Positions 63,573 to 64,000 of a stretch of 64,000 nucleotides of DNA are shown piece by piece. Each line of letters starts with the position of its first letter. Positions within the stretch are counted from its first letter, which is position 1. The notes beneath the pieces are model-generated. The model did no database searches and had not been told where the DNA came from. It was given only the letters and a program-made list of their open reading frames with translations. The DNA comes from Paragordius varius. Lineage: Eukaryota > Animalia > Nematomorpha. A program made the translations under genes and the position numbers. The DNA lies in assembly GCA_964247055.1 (NCBI GenBank), contig OZ176054.1, positions 5,952,001 to 6,016,000 on the forward strand. Direction: 5' to 3'.

Positions 63573-64000
63573 CTAGCGTATATCTTCGGACTTCTGGGGG
63601 GATAAGTTTTTAGCTGGTAGCTCCTTACCCAGCAGCTATCAAAGAAACGCTTGACTAAAATTTTTGCCTTTTAACAGAGAATACGTGGAATCCTATTGAA
63701 TGTTTACGGTCTCATACCTTGGGCGATAAATAGATTTAAAAAATTATTTTTGTGGACTTTGTTTTTTGAAAAAAATGGCATTTTACGGGGAGAGCGGGTA
63801 AAAAGATGGCCTAAATTAAAAAAGCGAGACGACTATGTTCTGCGCAATCGAAAATAACTAAGCAAAAATCATATTTTAAATTAAATGGTCCAACACGTTC
63901 TCCGGAAAATTGTCTCAAAGACATGATTTTTGTGGACTTCTGTTTTCAAAAAAACCGTTTTTTATGTCGGGGCATTCATTAATGATTATATTTTTTATTC
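63573..64000 (-). mobile_element. Third copy of the Helitron family, running off the window end
   Basis: CTAG at 63573-63576, then collinear with 5590-6090 (ttcggacttctgggg, ggtagctccttacccagcagctatc, gtcggggcattcattaatgatt). The terminal hairpin is deleted in this copy. Confidence 0.88.

Noticed and set aside
1-64000. Naming the organism (dicyemid, orthonectid or myxozoan suggested by tiny introns and AT richness)
   Set aside because: No marker gene is present to support an assignment, and most introns here are not tiny.

Overview
AT-rich animal nuclear DNA with spliceosomal genes. It is not prokaryotic and has no CRISPR, rRNA or tRNA that I can support. Host genes: an MTERF4-like gene (minus, 2.1-2.9 kb), a spliced MRPL46 (plus, 37.6-40.9 kb) with a decayed partial duplicate at 4.65-4.93 kb, and a 13-exon ARHGAP6-family RhoGAP (plus, 49.5-62.1 kb, ending in ETLV). 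About 30 kb (4933-35586) is a 62-63 bp satellite of roughly 410 monomers. Each monomer carries an 11-12 bp dyad, and the array holds an intact full-length RTE (BovB-like) LINE with an 11-bp target-site duplication (TSD), plus a foldback MITE containing a Helitron. The rest is a nested transposon cluster: TTAA MITEs, three copies of one Helitron family, RTE-X relics, a Gypsy relic and an IS630/Tc1 relic. Most unusual observations: (1) 22-nt GT-AG introns in MRPL46 and in the transposase relic, alongside 57 bp to 4 kb introns; (2) an RTE-X copy with twin-priming 5' inversion geometry just after the MRPL46 stop; (3) RTE insertion at the satellite hairpin arm with loss of the loop; (4) a 21-bp period shared by four unrelated-looking repeats; (5) an inverted copy of its own LTR replacing RT/RNase H inside a Gypsy element. 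All family assignments come from recalled motifs, not database searches.
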